A stretch of 40,295 nucleotides of DNA from Burkholderiaceae bacterium. GTDB taxonomy: Bacteria; Pseudomonadota; Gammaproteobacteria; Burkholderiales; Burkholderiaceae_F. Positions 39,083 through 40,295 of the stretch are shown here, in pieces. How positions within the stretch are numbered: the first letter of the stretch is position 1; each line of letters opens with the position of its first letter. The stretch covers positions 1-40,295 of the forward strand of contig JBFINI010000001.1 of assembly GCA_041611275.1 (NCBI GenBank). Reading direction: 5' to 3'. The position numbers and the translations under genes were made by a program. The notes below the pieces were generated by a model. The model ran no database searches, was not told the origin of the DNA, and saw only the letters and a program-made list of their open reading frames with translations.

Positions 39083-40243
39083 ATGACAATGCAACGCCGA
39101 TCATTCCTACGCAAGGCTGGTACTGCGAGCGCAGCGACCGTCGCCGTGCTGGCGGCGCCGACGGTGGCCCGGGCCCAGGAGACAATCAACTGGCGTCTGG
39201 CCTCGAGCTTTCCGAAAAGCCTGGACACAATCTACGGCGCTGCCGAGTTCATGGCCAACGCCGTGCGCGACATGTCCGGTGGCAAGTTCAACATCCGTGT
39301 CTTCGCCGGCGGCGAGATCGTCCCCGGGCTGCAGGTGCTCGATGCGGTGCAAAACGGCACCGTCGAGGCCGGGCATACCGCGCCGTATTACTACGTCGGC
39401 AAGGATCCGACCTGGGCCCTGGGCACGACAATTCCGTTCGGCCTGAACTTCCGCCAGTACAACGCCTGGTGGATCCATGGCGGCGGCGAGCAGTTGTTCA
39501 ACGAATTCACGCAGGCGGGCGGCGTGGTGTCGATCCTCGCCGGCAACACCGGCGCCCAGATGGGCGGCTGGTTCCGCAAGGAGATCAAGAGCCTGGCCGA
39601 CATCAAGGGCCTGAAGTTCCGCATCGGTGGCTGGGGCGGCCAGGTCATGGCCAGGATCGGCGCCACGCCGACGCAGATCGCCGGCGGCGAGATCTACCAG
39701 TCGCTCGAGCGCGGCACGATCGATGCGGCCGAATGGGTCGGACCGTACGACGACGAGAAGCTCGGCTTCAACAAGGTCGCCAAGTTCTTCTACTACCCCG
39801 GCTGGTGGGAAATCGGCCCCTCGCTGCATGTGCAGGTCGGCAAGAAGGCCTGGGACAGCCTGTCCAAGGAACATCAGACGATGCTGAAGGTCGCCAGCGA
39901 AGCGTCCAACCAGTGGATGATGGGCAAGTACGATGCGCTGAACCCGGCGGCGCTGCGTCGTTTGCTGGCCGGCGGAACGCAATTGCGCGCCTTCCCGAAG
40001 GACATGATGGACGCCGCGCTCAAGGAATCGCTGGCGCTGTACGCCGAAACCGCCGCCAAGAACGCGTCGTTCAAGAAAATCTACGATCATTACACCGCGT
40101 TCCAGCGCGACTCTTCGAGCTGGCTGCGCGTCGGCGAAGGCGTCATGGATTCGTACATGGCGCAGGTCGCGGATCCGGCACGGGCCGCACCGGCCAAGGC
40201 TCCGGCCAAAGCCCCGGCCAAGGCTCCAGCGAAGAAGAGCTGA
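39083..40243 (+). CDS. TRAP transporter solute-binding protein (DctP-type) with Tat signal
   Basis: AAGGAGA lies upstream. The twin-arginine signal is MQRRSFLRKAGTASAATVAVLAAPTVARAQ. The mature domain has typical DctP-family blocks (WRLASSFPKSLD, GGWFRKEI, AEWVGPYDDEKLGF). Membrane components would lie beyond the window. Confidence 0.87.
   Translation: MTMQRRSFLRKAGTASAATVAVLAAPTVARAQETINWRLASSFPKSLDTIYGAAEFMANAVRDMSGGKFNIRVFAGGEIVPGLQVLDAVQNGTVEAGHTAPYYYVGKDPTWALGTTIPFGLNFRQYNAWWIHGGGEQLFNEFTQAGGVVSILAGNTGAQMGGWFRKEIKSLADIKGLKFRIGGWGGQVMARIGATPTQIAGGEIYQSLERGTIDAAEWVGPYDDEKLGFNKVAKFFYYPGWWEIGPSLHVQVGKKAWDSLSKEHQTMLKVASEASNQWMMGKYDALNPAALRRLLAGGTQLRAFPKDMMDAALKESLALYAETAAKNASFKKIYDHYTAFQRDSSSWLRVGEGVMDSYMAQVADPARAAPAKAPAKAPAKAPAKKS
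40190..40237 (+). repeat. In-frame 12-nt tandem repeat (about 4 units) encoding (PAKA)n at the C-terminus of the TRAP binding protein
   Basis: The units are CCGGCCAAGGCT, CCGGCCAAAGCC, CCGGCCAAGGCT and CCAGCGAAGAAG. They translate to PAKAPAKAPAKAPAKK. Confidence 0.8.
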
Positions 40244-40295
40244 GCCACGCCAGCGCAGTCGTCCGCATCACGCGCGCGAGAGAGTTCCGGCGCGC

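Overview
This is a high-GC stretch of ordinary bacterial core genome. Gene order and protein features suggest a Betaproteobacterium, but that is inference only. I support 42 protein genes, one tRNA and one probable pseudogene remnant. Housekeeping content dominates: clpA (5' truncated), a long minus-strand string ribF-ileS-lspA-methyltransferase-coaBC-small membrane protein-dut-acyltransferase-hydrolase, then purN-rsmB, a DesA-type desaturase, rpmG-rpmB-radC, fkpB-ispH, xerD, ybaK, plsY and tsaD. The classical rpsU-yqeY-dnaG-rpoD macromolecular-synthesis operon follows, then a tRNA(CAU), rhlE, metY, a CoA-binding protein, gluQ, mog, yjgA and pmbA. Less universal genes are a flavocytochrome c sulfide dehydrogenase pair (fccAB), a membrane 3xPAS-GGDEF diguanylate cyclase, a pirin, a carboxylesterase, a chalcone-isomerase-like periplasmic protein and a Tat-exported TRAP solute-binding protein. 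I found no rRNA, CRISPR array, transposase, phage integrase, toxin-antitoxin pair or recognisable defence genes. I do not see a convincing undescribed multi-gene system. The most unexplained items are modest. They are an uncharacterised SAM methyltransferase and a small 2-TM protein, both translationally coupled inside the ileS-to-dut string. A degraded LysR-type regulator stub also lies next to the pirin gene and marks a likely rearrangement scar. Many very long ORFs in the supplied track are codon-aligned antisense shadows of real genes and are rejected.
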